Shown here in pieces: positions 22,901 through 36,563 of a stretch of DNA of 64,000 nt (the first letter of the stretch is position 1; each line of letters starts with the position of its first letter). A program made the position numbers and the translations under genes. The notes under the pieces are model-generated. The model saw only the letters and a program-made list of their open reading frames with translations. It was not told where the DNA came from and did no database searches. The stretch comes from Octopus sinensis (lineage: Eukaryota): the NCBI RefSeq assembly GCF_006345805.1, contig NC_043014.1, positions 31,372,001 to 31,436,000 on the forward strand, written 5' to 3'.

Positions 22901-24564
22901 TCTTCCACATAAAATCAATATGCGATGAATGGAGATACTGAATCAAGAAAGTCTGCTTTGGTCATACACACCTGGTCCATCCTCCACTAGTTGTTGGATA
23001 GACATTGTAAAATTCCATCCAAAGCCATCACAATTTCAAAAGTAATCAAAGTAAACTATTTTTTCATCATAGTTTCATTCACTTCCGTCAATATAATCAT
23101 GAAACCACTGCTGTCACCACCACCACTAATATTACATTTATTATTGTACACAGAGCCACCGAATAATATGGCCGACACCAGAAAAACTTTCTTTTCACTG
23201 ATGTAGTTAAATTTGATTGGTTGAAAGCATGTGAAGAGAATTGGCAGTGTGAGTAACAATAAAATCACTGGATATGCTATATATATATATATATATATAT
23301 ATAAATTACATATACATACATATATAAATATATATATACGCACATACATGCATGCATGCATACATACATACATACATACATACATACATAATATGTGTAT
23401 ACTTACAGGTCATCCGGGTTTTATGCACACCTATATTGACCAATGGAATTTCTACTAACACAGGACAGCTATGACTAATAAGGGAGTGCAGTGTGATGTG
23501 ATGTAACATGTTACACAGAAGATAGGGGTTAGAATTAAACCTGCAAGGATGCCTTAACTATAAGGGTGACAACATCACCTATAAACCTAACTATGTGTTT
23601 TACAATTCATGATCCATTTTTGCAATGCAATGCTGCCAACATATCACATTTTACAATGTACTCTCACATATATTTCATATTTCATGATGTGCCACTGCAT
23701 ATATCTCATATTTCATGACATACTATCATCGATATTTGACATAATGCACTACTGTGAATATATTTTGTGATGAACTGCCCAGTGTACATACCATAAATCC
23801 AAAAATAATGAATCCACACACATTACATAAAGCAAGTTGTGACATTCCTACTACACAGTAAGACATCTAATTGATTTAGATGCAGAACATAACTTATCAA
23901 GAGATGATTCTGCTCACATGCAAAAGAATGAAAGAAAGCAGTGTCACATTGAAATAATAAACAAATGTGACTTGGAACTGTAGACTCCCTCTAGGAAATG
24001 TCACACAGACACACACACACACAATAAATATACAGTTTCATATCTTATGATAAGAAACCAATTAAGAATGTGTCCCCATTGGAGCAGAGTAACAGGATAT
24101 CATTTAATTTGTAGAGTTTGGCCAAAGTATCTAATTAGTATTGGGGATAGAGAAGTTGTAATGGTAATGGAGGTGGTGGTGGTGGTAGGTGTATCCCATG
24201 GAGGTATCAGTTGTGAGGGGAGAGGAAAGAGATTGAAATAGATAGAGAGGTAAAGGAAAATGGGATATAAGAGAGAGAGAGGGAGGGAAACACCAGATGA
24301 AGAAAGGTGAGAGGGAAGTAGTAGTGGCAGTAGTTGTAGTTAGAGGAGGGGGATTTGGAGGTGGGTTGAAATGGAAGGGTTGGAAGAGACATTGATGTAT
24401 GAGGAAAAAGGGTCAGAGGAGAGCAGAAGTGGGGAAGATATAAAAGTTTGGGGGGGATGTGAAGTGCTGAGACGAAGGTGGACAGAGGAGAGTTTAGAGG
24501 ACAGAATAATGTTAAATGATGTAAAGAGAATCACTGCATTTTTGATTAATATCTAGTGCATGTG

Positions 24565-24760
24565 AGTAGGTGGGTGGTGGGTGGGGTGGATGAAAGATCT
24601 CTTTAGAAACCTTAATGTCTAAACTGTGCCTTTTAATGGTTATTGGCTCTCTGAATGGACCATAAAAAATAAGGTTTGGGGAGAGAGAGATTTGAAGTTG
24701 TCGACTGTAAGGTGCAGGGGTATAAAAGTGTCTGCGTGAGTGGGGAATGTTTAGGATGCA
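24565..24760 (+). promoter_or_regulatory. Candidate Pol II core promoter arrangement
   Basis: GT/CACCC-box-like gggtggggtgg (about 24575), inverted CCAAT (attgg, 24642-24646) and ggggTATAAAAG (TATA, 24721-24728). No downstream exon was identified. Confidence 0.2.
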
Positions 24761-26991
24761 CACAGCTGCAAGATATGTGAATTCATGTGTGTGTGAGTGA
24801 AACTGTTTCTTCATAAATAGTTGGAAAAGATTATATTAATTTAAATGTACATATTTCTCGACAATAAATTACTGTAAGTTTAATAAAAAAAAGAAAAAAA
24901 AAAGAACTACCCGATAACCTTTGATCAACCCAGACACCTTAAGTATTAGGATAGCTACCCAAGTGTTTAAGAAAAATGCAAACTTTTTGATCCAGTATTC
25001 TGGATGTGCACATGTAAAATTGACCTATGCTAGCATGGAAAATGGATGTTAAAGGATGATGATGATGATATGCCAGTTTGGGATAAGTTCTCAAACACAA
25101 TGTTTCAGGTTCAGTCTCAATACCTGGTAACTTGGAGCAAGTGTCTGCAAAAGCTCTAGGCCAGCCAAATCCTTGTGAATGGATTTGGTAGACCAAAACT
25201 GAAGAAACTATGTCATGTGTGTATAAATGTGTATGTGTTCTGACATCATCTGATGGTTGCAAATTGTCTTACAAATGAATATTTCCTTCATAACCAGACG
25301 TCTTCCATTGCAAAAAAAAAAAAAAAACTTGTCTGGCTCTGGGGAGATATTATTACCTTGCCTGGAAACAGGTGAGAGTTGGCAAAAAGGAAGGTCATCC
25401 AAGCAGAAAATCTGCCTCAAAAATAAATCCTGTCTGATACATGCAAGTATGGAAAAGTGGATATTAAATAATAATGATGATGATGATATGTGCATGTGTG
25501 TGAGCATGCATGTGTGTTTCCACCATGTTCACTGGTTTGTAAACAATAACTTCCTGCCAGTGTCATTGGCTGGCAGCCCACCATAAATGGACATCTGATC
25601 TTCCTGGCATGTCTTGACATGGTGTGTGATCTTTGTAAACAAAAGGCTCCTTAAATGGAGTTTTTTTTGTTTCCAGTTCTGTGCATAAAACATGTCCAGG
25701 AAGTTAGCTGTTCAATAAACTAAGAGATTATCACCTCACCTGGAAACAAGTGGAGGTTGGTGACAGGAAGGGCATCCAGCTGTAGAAAAATTCTGTTGCA
25801 ATGTAATCTCATTTGATCCATGCAAACATGAAAAACTAGACATTAAAAGTATGAAATACAGTATCAAAATTATATCAATAGTATCATTGGTTGTAGTTTT
25901 TCAATGGATCGAAGTGACACAAAGGTATGTCTGTGCATCTCAGTACAGAACAAAATATCTCAGGGAATCTCATTTGAAGAACAATTTTCTTTTAGAAGTT
26001 TCGAATGTGTATTGTACAATACAGACAAAAAAGTGATATTTCAAATGCAGTATCATTAGAACAACAGAAAAAATGAAGTATTATTACCCTTACAAGGTGG
26101 AAAAAGTTGTCAACAAACAACCATGGGAGATGAACCCACATCCCCCAAGACACTGGTTGAGTGCTTTACCATTAAGCTAAACTGTCAAAACATATTTTTA
26201 TAAGTCCATACACATACAATCATTCAGAAGCTTAAACCTAAAAGCTGATACTGTATTTTAAGCTATATATGATTTTCAAAAGCTCCCAACATCTTTCAGT
26301 ATTAAATGGAAAATGTTATCTTGGTCAGAACCTACACAATAAAAAGCTATGTCAACACAGCAATTTCGAATCATGAAATTCTATTTCTAACCTTGCATTA
26401 TTTAATTAGTTTTGTTTTGCAAACATTGAGACTTTTGAACTTCAAAATACTTGAAACCTATTATAGTTCCTAATAAGTAATGTTATACTTTACAGACATT
26501 CAAACTTTCTAGTACATAAGTATGTTTTTTTAACTAAAAACAAAAAAACTTTAACACAAACTTAATTTTTCATAACAAAATAAACTAAGATATTTTACTA
26601 TGATAGAGTAGCAATTTTTATTACTCACAACTCACTGTAAAACCTTCTTTCTATTGATTAGACCTATTTACCCAAACACTAAGTTTCACAAGCCTGTTTG
26701 AGTATACTTGCTCATTCTTATAGACACTTTTAAAAAAAGATTTTTTATAATTTCCCCTTAATCCAATTTATTAACTATTTTTCAAAACACACACACACAC
26801 ACAATGAGCAACTTTCAGTTTCCAAATTCACAATCCACTCACAAAGCATCAGTTGACCAGGGGTTATGATAAAGGACACTTGTCTAAGGAGCTATGGGAC
26901 TGAACCTGAGATCATATGGTCAGAAAATAAACTTCTTAGCTACATATCCATATTTGCCCCCCCCCTCTCTCTCTCTCTCTCTTTCTGCCGT

Positions 26992-27205
26992 TTGCCAGCC
27001 CTGTCTGGCACCTGTGCCGGTGGCACGTAAAAAGCACCCACTACACTCATGGAGTGGTTGGCGTTAGGAAAGGCATTCAGCTGTAGAAACACTGCCAGAT
27101 CAGACTGGGCCTGGTGCAGCCTTCTGGCTTCCCAGACCCCAGTTGAACCGTCCAACCCATGCTAGTATGGAAAGCGGACGTTAAACGATGATGATGATGA
27201 TGATA
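26992..27205 (+). mobile_element. SINE family B copy (young-looking)
   Basis: ctgtgccggtggcacgtaaaaagcacccactacactc...ggaaagcggacgttaaacgatgatgatgatg, with CpGs retained. Confidence 0.9.
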
Positions 27206-27616
27206 TATATATATATATGTATGTATGTATGTGTGTGTGTTTCTGTCGCATGTAATACCCAAGATAACTGTTGTGGCAGCTGTTATTATTATGTCATTAT
27301 AGAGCTGGATGTGCTTCTCACAGTAACCACTCAAGCATGGATTTAGTAAGACTACCTTGCAGAGACACACACACAACACAGTTGTAGGGGTGAAATTTGA
27401 TTATATGAAATGGTCAGTTGTCTAATATTTTATCAACCTTACAGAGATATATATATATACAAAAGGTCCTTGCAAAGGACAAAGATGAAAGAGTTTCAGA
27501 ATGAAATCAAATCCTTTTTCGTTAGTTCAATTCCAGACGACTTGCACTCACTCCAAGAACACGAATAATATTTGGACAGCAGTATCAACAAGAATTAATC
27601 TGTTTTGAAAACTCAC

Positions 27617-27709
27617 TAAAAGCTTTGCTTTGCAACGATGATTTATATTCTTCAAATTTAGGAATGGTAAATGGACGAGAAATTTTAGCATTAGATAAAA
27701 AGAATTTTT
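27617..27709 (-). CDS. Candidate 93-nt internal coding exon of an unidentified gene
   Basis: Long pyrimidine tract ending ...ttcattctcttcttcag, open frame (E)KFFLSNAKISRPFTIPKFEEYKSSLQSKAF, and donor TTTTA|gtgagt (phase 1 to phase 1). I recognise no homology, and a competing plus-strand open frame (27526-27750) exists. Confidence 0.3.
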
Positions 27710-27911
27710 CTGAAGAAGAGAATGAAATGAAACAAAAATGATGAAAAGGAAAAGAAAAGAACAAATTAAAATGATGATGATGATGATGATAATAAAGAAG
27801 TAAATAAATAAATCAAAATTATACATCAAAACATCTTTGTCTAAGCAATGGAAATGGAAATGGCACATTGAGAGAAATTCACCTAGCTTACAGCTGCTAA
27901 AATAGATAGGA

Positions 27912-27971
27912 TATATATACATACATACAAATATACATACATACATATATACATATATACATATATATATA

Positions 27972-28004
<33 letters not shown>
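27912..28004. repeat. Compound (TACA)n/(TA)n microsatellite
   Basis: Visible compound array. Confidence 0.9.
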
Positions 28005-28011
<7 letters not shown>

Positions 28012-29310
28012 CTACATACAGACATATATGCACACATACATATGGAGAAAAAGAGAGAGGCAGATGGGGAGTAGTTGTCATGGTGGAGGTGGTGGTGGTG
28101 ATGGGGGGAGATCAAAAGTGGTTGCGATGTGTGGTGGAGGGATGTCGGTTTCACCATCCTAATACAGATTTGTAGTGTTTCATTTGCCAGAAAGCTTTTA
28201 TTAAAAGTCTTATCAAAAGACAGCACTGTTTTGGAAAACGGGAGTTCTTTAGATTAGATTTAATTTATTTAAAAACCCATTCCACTTATCTTTCAATAAA
28301 ACCTAAGGCTTTTGAACTTGAGAGAACACTCCATTTTAAGGTGGGGGGAGAGAGGGGTGAAAATAATGACTACACACACACACATCCATAATCGCACCCA
28401 TTATTTATCTAATGCATACACATGCACACATATATACAAGCATACATTATACATAATTTTGTCTATCACAGAATTACACATTTACACATACTATTTGAAT
28501 ATCACTTGTCTATCTATATACATTATTTTTTTTTCTTCTCTTTTGCATTCTATAATTATATGCACCATTTACATAATATACAACTATACAATCACACAAT
28601 ATTTCTTCTTAATCTTTCTCTCGTGCACACACACACACACACACACACAGACATAGGAACGCATGTACATGCTCACAAATAAATGCATTTTTCCTTTGCA
28701 TTATTGCCATTAAGCGAATATTTAATTTCCTTAAGGCGATCCTTAAAATAATGTTTGAAAATATAATAAAAATAAAATAAGATCCTTAAAAATAAATGTT
28801 CTTTGTCATCATGAAGGAACAGAAAAATACTGACAAAACTAAATGGAATAATTTATGAGAGAGGTTTATATATTTATATCTACACTGAGCTGGGTTTATT
28901 AGTGAAGGATGTTTGTGTGCATGGGGTGTGGTGCTGTATATATACTCCAAATTGTTTGGTGTGTGTGTGTAGTGTAAATATAGCAGGTTATGCACACTGA
29001 CATTTTTTTTTCTGTAGGATAGAGACACAGTTAAATAGCTAGCAATATATATTGTATATAAAGGGTGCAGCATTGCACCGGTAACCAGCTGGTGGAAGAT
29101 CTGCCTGGGGTTAAACTAGTAGTAACACGGAACAGCCACTTTGATGTGGTGGCAGACTTTACTTTTTAGTATAGTGACTAATCTGATCTCTTCTTGAGAT
29201 TTTACAACCAGCTATCTTGCTTGTTACAAATCAGTGACTGATGGTCACTTTGTTTATAATATATTGCTAGCTGGAGTGGATTCTGGCTATCACACTGGTG
29301 GCCAGGTGCT

Positions 29311-29356
29311 CATGACTGAGGATGAGCCAAATAGCTTGAAACTGGGTCAGTCTTGC
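29311..29356 (+). ncRNA. Type I hammerhead ribozyme motif (extra U after the CUGANGA box)
   Basis: CTGAGGA at 29316-29322, then T, stem II GAGC-caaata-GCTT, GAAA at 29338-29341, stem III ACTG-ggt-CAGT and GTC at 29350-29352. Stem I is only 3 weak pairs. Confidence 0.55.
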
Positions 29357-31321
29357 AATCCTGCTATAGGGTGGTAGGGGTTTGCCTCCCACTGCCAGCA
29401 AGATATATATATGTGTGTGTGTATGTGTGTGTGTGTGTGTGTATATGAAAGAACACATAACATGTTTTTTACTACAATAAAATATATATGTCTTTAGCGA
29501 AGAGTCAATCAATGGGAATTTGTAAACCAATAATTAGAAACTGTAACATTCAATGGGCAAAGAACTTAACTCCTCCCAAATCCAGCAATATAGGTATAAG
29601 GAGAGGATAATTCTACAACTGAATACTAGTTGAAAACTATTAACATGTAGACAAATCTGCTTTTCCAAACAGCCAAGAAACAGCATCCCAAAAGCTCAGA
29701 TTCTTCTCAATATCAGTAAATACATCATCTTTGAACAACTTCTAATATCATATTAAAACACAAATATATCTTAAGGTAGAGTACTGTTGCAGTGTTATAC
29801 ATACACTATAGATTATACTCTCCCTCAGTGGAAGAGCATACCTTTAGATAAGGCTTCTTTTACTGATGGGTCATGCATATTTACCTGTTCAATGTTAAAC
29901 TGTATCATCTTTCGGCTTCTGCTCTTCTAACTAAACTGCCTAACCTGTATCCCTTTAAGGGCATTTAATGTAGGCACAGTCACTTTTTCCATTGCACAGA
30001 TCCAGAGTTAAACACTTTACTTAGCCCTCCTTCAAAATTCTCACATCTTAGAACTCACCCACCCAGTCTAAGAATATCTAAAAAGGCTATGGATACTAAC
30101 CCTCACTCATCTTGAACTTAACAATAAATTAAAAGTAATGCCAGCATCAAATTTTCAATCCATGCTCCAAACATAACCATCTTGTCTCTAATGGCAAACA
30201 CCTGGCATATGTGATAACAGTCCTTGTATATCTTAATTCACACTTCCACTATCACACATTTTATCAGAATGTATCTTTTCTTTCAATTTCTTTTACTTGT
30301 TTACACACTCACACACACTCTCTCTCGCTCTCTCTACATCTCTTTCTCATGCCTCTGAAGCAGTTAATGTCACTTCTATAATGACACAATGTTAATACAA
30401 TATGATGCAATGTTGGATTAACTTTCTTTTTCTTTTACTTACCCAGGACTTTGATGAAATGAAAGAATTTTATAGGATAAAAAGTATAGAAGGTGCCATG
30501 CAGTGGGACTGATCCCAAAACCAGGAGGTTGGGAAGCAATCTTCTTACCACACAGCCATGCCTGTGCTATTTATATATTTATATATATATTCCATTGTAT
30601 TGTATAATCAACTCTCAACAGTCTCCTCTATCAAAACAGGTACCATAGAGTAGTATTGTTTACTGCTGTAGACAGTGGGAATAATATAAAATAAGTTTGC
30701 TGGTGGGCAGTGCCGTCTGCAATTTCTCTTGGGAGAAAGCTAGCTGCAGTAATAGATCAGCAGTGAATCTAAGCGAAGTTTGTCTCATCTGATTAACACA
30801 AAAGACACTGAAAGATGGATGCTTGGAGAAATAGGATATAAGCACTAACCATGGATTCATATGGAAACTGGACATAAACACTGATATCTTAGAAACTTGT
30901 AGAAAGAATTAGCAGAAGCAATGACGGCAGGATGCTAAGTTGAGAGGTTTTGTAGAACATTGAGACTAAATGTCAACAAAATTTACTTATGGCCCTCTAC
31001 ATTCTAAGTTCAAATACTGCCAAGACTAATTTTGCCAGACTTCCAGCATTGATAAACATAAAGTTCCAGTCAAACACAGGACTTGGTTTACCACTGTTCT
31101 TGTAAGGTATTCTAAGCGTGAATGGAATTATGATAGAAGACATATAACAGCAACGGTGTTTTGTTTGTAAACTATAATAATGATGATGATGATCAGAGTT
31201 CAATTCTCAACAGACATTGTCAATATTGATACAATATAGAAAGCAAAAAATCAACCATGTAAGTTTTAGACAAACACAAGTAAGTGCAATTAAAACATCA
31301 TCTCTACCATCTGCACAAACT

Positions 31322-31342
31322 CTAATAATAATAATAATAAAG

Positions 31343-31390
<48 letters not shown>
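31322..31390. repeat. (TAA)n microsatellite
   Basis: Near-perfect TAA array. Confidence 0.95.
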
Positions 31391-31665
31391 TGAAGAGGAA
31401 TGGTGACATCAACAATATAAACATTTATAAATATCAGATTTAAGTGCAGATATCAAAAGAAAAACATAACTGTCAAAAACATCTAATTCAAATGTGATAG
31501 TTTGTGTGTGTGTACATACTTACACATACACATACAAACCAATATGTGTGTATGTATGTGTGTCTGTGGGTGTGTGTGTGTGTGCATATGTTAGCACTGA
31601 AAAGTGGACAATTAAAAGGATGATATTATTTAACGTCTGCTTTTCTATGCTTGCATGGGTCAGAC

Positions 31666-31702
<37 letters not shown>

Positions 31703-32974
31703 GAAGGTATAAAGGCAACTTGGCAATTAAAACTTCCTCAACCATCAAGTAATCAATAGCTATTTCATCTACTAATGAATTCATTGGTAATGATAGCTAA
31801 ACAGAAATAAATCTACTTCCAAGTTGAAGATAACTGACACATGCAACATTAATATTTGTATTAGTAATCTGGTAGATTTCATTGAAGACAGTGTGTGGCT
31901 GATGAGTGAGGGCAGAAGTCTAGGTGTGACTAAAGTGGTGGAAGTGGTTAGAAGTGTAAGTAAATCAAACATGGTCTGGAATGAAATCAATACATGCAGC
32001 TGGAATTGGTGTGGTGGTGGGTGGTGGTGGTGGGGTCATGGCATCGGTATAGAAATGGTAGTTGTGATCAAACTTCTGGTTATGTACATGGCCAACAGAG
32101 AGTGGCAGTAGCAGCACTGATAGTAGTAGAAATGGTGGTGGTGGTGAAGCAGAGAGAGAGAGATAGAGAGAGAGGGGGAGAGAGAGAGGGAGAGAGAGAG
32201 AGAGAGTTTCTCGGCAAGTCACAAGGAACGTAATTTATAGATGGAATGTTGCGAGAGGATAAAATAAAACACCCCCACCCCCCTGCCGCCTCAATCATTC
32301 TCCAATGTTTTTGTTTAATTGTGTTCGAGTAATTATATATATTTCTTGTCTAGATAACTTGACAGAGACAGAAGCAAGGATGTGAGACGATGAAGAAGTG
32401 GATGGTGGCAGTGGGGAGGGCAACAAACAGTTGAACATATAACTAATTAAACCAAACAGATTTGGAGAGAGAAAGACAACGGGCGGACAGCTAGACAAAT
32501 AAATCTGGCCATGGCTTTTATGTTCCGGACAGTAGATTCAATAATTGAAAATAGATATCATTGAACAAGTGCTGGTTCTAATGCAAGAAGCTATCATATG
32601 GTAGCAAAATGCTGTGTGTTCATTTGACTGTTTAACATAGCAGTCAAATTGCCTGCAACAAATCCATTGCTTTACAATTTAAGAATGATCACATGTTGTA
32701 ATATTTCAAATGGGTTCTGATTTGAAGTTGAAAGTGAAAGACATTAAGATGTATGAAGAATTCGAGTTCAATTTCATTTAACTGACCGTCCTCAAAAATT
32801 CCCAATATCCAGTGCCTGAATGAATGGTTTTGCTTCTTGAAATATAAAAAGCCAAAACACACCAGAAACCTTGATATGACATGTCTTGTCACAGAATAAC
32901 AAATGGTGTTTCAAAATAAATGAAGTCTCTAAATATTTCAAGGTTACCAACACAGGTAAATAACTTGAGATGTT

Positions 32975-33155
32975 AAGGTGGCGAGCTGGTAGAATGTTTA
33001 GCAGTATTTTGTCTTCTGTCTTTAGATTCTGAGTTCAAATTCCACTGAGGTCGACTCTGCTTCTCATCCTTTCAGAAGTATCAATTGAACACTGAGGTCC
33101 ATGTAATCGACTTTGTCCACCCACCGAAAGTACTGGCCTTGTGCCAAAATGCAAA
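32975..33155 (+). mobile_element. SINE family D copy
   Basis: aaggtggcgagctggtagaa...ttctgagttcaaattccactgaggtcgactctgc...ggccttgtgccaaaat. Confidence 0.8.
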
Positions 33156-33271
33156 ACTAATATAAAATGCTAGACTCATTTTGAAAAAAAAAATACATGC
33201 AGCTGCAGATATATAAGGAAAAATTAAATACACCATTACCTTTAAATCTACAGCTAATGTTTCTTTTATGT

Positions 33272-34008
33272 TTTATTTATTTCAGCCACTGGACTGTGGT
33301 CATGCTAGGGCAATGCTTTGAAGGGTTTTAGTCAAACAAATCAACTCCAGGACTCATTTTTATAAAAAATCAGGTGCTTATCTCAGTTTCTTTTATTTGC
33401 AGGGACAGTTTTCAAGAGAGGGGGGGGAGAAACATAAAGGTGCATGTATGCACACATATACACACACACAACAGGCTTCTTTCATTTTCTGCCCACCAAA
33501 ACCACTTGCAAAGCTTTGGTTGGCCTGGGGCTATAGTAGATGTCATACAGTGTAACTGAACCCAAAACCATATGGTTGGGAAGCAAGCTTCTTACCGCAC
33601 AGTCATGCCTGTAGTCATAAATCATTTATCTTATATCTTTTATTGGTTTCAGTCTTTAGACTGCGGCCATGCTGGGGCATCATTTTGAAGAATTTTAGTT
33701 GAACGAACTGATCCTAGTAATTTGTTTTAAAGCCTGGTACTTATTCTATCAGCCTCTTTTACCAAGTTATAAGGGCATAAACACACCAACACTGATTGTC
33801 AAGTAGTAGTAGTAGTGGAGGGACAAACACATACACACACACCTGGAGGGGTTTCTTTCAGTTTCCGTCTACTAAATCCACTCACAAGGCTTTGGTCAGT
33901 GCAATGCTATTTCATTTGGTATAAGACACTTGTCCAAGGTGCCATGCAGTGGGATTGAACCCAGAACTAAGTGGATGGGAAGTAAGCTTCTTACCACGCA
34001 GCCATACC
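33272..34008 (-). mobile_element. Two tandem SINE family A copies (about 33272-33610 and 33636-34008)
   Basis: Two consecutive reverse-complement copies with head ...aagcttcttaccgcac/cacgcagcc. Confidence 0.85.
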
Positions 34009-34659
34009 TTTGGCCATAAATGTATAAAGATTAAAATTGCTATATTTTTGCTGGTTTAAGTAAGTAAAACACAAGAGTTTGTTATATTTGCAATATCATA
34101 ACCAGAGCTTATGAAACATGGTGATTTACTTGACAAACATCAATCATCCAAAGATTAATGAATAAGTTAATATGGCATGGGGGTAAAAAACATCTCAGTA
34201 TTTCAATAATAAATCAGTTTTGCTTCAAAAGTAAACATTGTGCATGTTTATATAATAGGCACTGCCTCTTACTCCAGACCCAGCTAGTAAAACAGAGAAT
34301 GTGCGTCTGTAGATTATTAAAGCTTTTATGTGCATTTTTCAATATGAACCTTGTATATAGAGAAGTATTGCTAAAAACTGTGCATGTATGTTCGTGTATT
34401 TTTGTTTCAACACCAGCACACACACAAACATTAATGTTTGTTTATATATATATATATATACATAAATATATTTTTATGTTGAACCATTAATCTCTAAAAA
34501 AACAATTTCTTTCTCTCTCCATTTTTTTTTCATGCTCTCCTTTTTTCTCGTATAGGCTTGAAATATAAAAAAACTTTTCTATTCTTCCCGAGCATTAAAC
34601 TAATACACTTGCTTATTGTTCCTACATCTGCCTTCATCTTGCTTGCTACAAATTTGAAT

Positions 34660-34660
34660 A

Positions 34661-34691
<31 letters not shown>

Positions 34692-34768
34692 ATAAATACA
34701 TACATATATATATATAAATACATACATATATATAAATACATACATACATATATATACATACATACATA

Positions 34769-34799
<31 letters not shown>

Positions 34800-34812
34800 C
34801 ACATATATATAT
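34660..34812. repeat. Compound (TA)n/(TACA)n microsatellite
   Basis: Visible compound array. Confidence 0.9.
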
Positions 34813-34994
34813 TAATGACAGAGGCTGTATTAATACTGGGAGGTAATATTTATCCCTTCTTAAGTGTGGATGTTCTGTTAGGACAAACTATACTGTAGTA
34901 GATATCATGACAGAAACCATAATATTGGCTTTTGTGCAAAGTGCACTCTTGTTTCTATTGCTAGTGGGGAGGTAACTCCTGCCACTTCTAGTGC

Positions 34995-35250
34995 TGAGAT
35001 GACCAGATCACATGACCGCTTTTCATGCTGGTATGGGTTAGATAGTTTGACTCGAACTGCTAAGCCAGAGAGCTGCGCCAGGTTCCAGTCTGATTTGACA
35101 TGGTTTCTATGACTGGATGCTCTTCAAAGCATCAACCACACCAAGAGTGTAATGGGTGTTTTTATTGTGTCATCGGCACAGGTGCCACTTATATGACACT
35201 GGCAATGGCCACGACTATTATTTCACTTGGCTTGATGAGTCTTCTCAAGC
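34995..35250 (-). mobile_element. SINE family B copy (inverted)
   Basis: gaccgcttttcatgctggtatgggttag...ggatgctcttc...ggcacaggtgccac...tcttctcaagcac. Confidence 0.8.
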
Positions 35251-36280
35251 ACACACACACACATATACTCTTTTATTCGCTTCAGTCATTCTGACTGCGG
35301 CCATGCTGGAGCACCGCTTTTGTATATCAACTTTGGGTTAGTTAAATATGTTTATGACATATTTTAACTTCTAATGGCAAATTCATTACATTGGGGGAAA
35401 AAAAAATCTCTTACAGTAAACAGTGTACAAACATCATATCTGCCCAATGCTTCCCTATTGGCTATTTCTGGCTCTCTAGCCTTCGTGAATGGAAATATCG
35501 AAGAGAGATAGCCATGGGCAGATTCAAAAGCCATAGCTGAACCACACAGCCATGCCTGTGTCTATGTGTGTTTGTGTATCCTTATTTAAATGCACAGTAG
35601 TTGTAAAGGAGTACCTGTCATACACACTGTCTTTCATTCTCAATCTTCCATAACAATATGTGTTATGGAAGTTAACAGGCTGGGAAACAGGTGAGGGATG
35701 TTGGCAAGATGGACATCTAGTTCTAGAAAATTCACCTTGATAAATCCCTTCAGGTCAAATGAAGCATCAAAATCAAAAATGGATGTTAAAACAATAAAAA
35801 TGATAGCTCTCTCTCTTCATCATTTTTTAAATGGGGTTTTAGTTGAACACCTTGGTCAAGTATCATCTACTATAGCTCCAGGCCAACCAAAGACTTGTAA
35901 GGGGATTTTGTGGACAAAAATCAAAAGAAGACTAGTATGTGTGCAAGCATGTATGTTTGTGTTTACAATTGAAATTGATTGTACATAAGTGCAGTGGATT
36001 GTGTTGTTTGTCAGTTTCTTCTCTCAACAGATTGTCTGGGTACTTCAAGCTTTCAAAGAGGTGTAGAATTAATGATCCTTTACTTGAAAAACAAGTAAGG
36101 GTTAGTGTCAGGAAGGGCACTTGTGGTAAAACAATATCTTGAATAATAGATTCAAACAACTTCATGTAAAACAAATGAACATATCCACACACACATTTAG
36201 TCACACATGCACATATACATAAGGCAAGGTATAAATAACAGTCATTATATATACATGTCTATACTTATACATACATACAT

Positions 36281-36319
<39 letters not shown>

Positions 36320-36321
<2 letters not shown>

Positions 36322-36563
36322 AGCACTCCATCAGTTACGACGATGAGGGTCCCAGCTGATATGATCAACGGAACAGCCTGCTCATGAAATTAACGTGCAA
36401 GTGACTGAGCAATCCACAGACACGCGTACCCATAACGTAGTTCTTAGGGAGATTCAGCATGACACAGAGTGTGACAAGGCCGGCCCTTTGAACTACAGGT
36501 ACAACTCTTTTTTGCCAGCTGAGTGGACTGGAGCAATGTGAAATAAAGTGTCTTGCTCAAGGA
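36320..36563 (-). mobile_element. SINE family C copy (5'-truncated, little decayed)
   Basis: ggagcactccatcagttacgacgatgagggtcccagctgat...gagtggactggagcaatgtgaaataaagtgtcttgctcaagg. Confidence 0.85.

Noticed and set aside
27540-27600. SC-TGA-YCCP read-through as a possible selenoprotein
   Set aside because: No recognisable Sec motif context or SECIS. tgttga is a common word in AT-rich DNA, and a good donor lies upstream of the stop.
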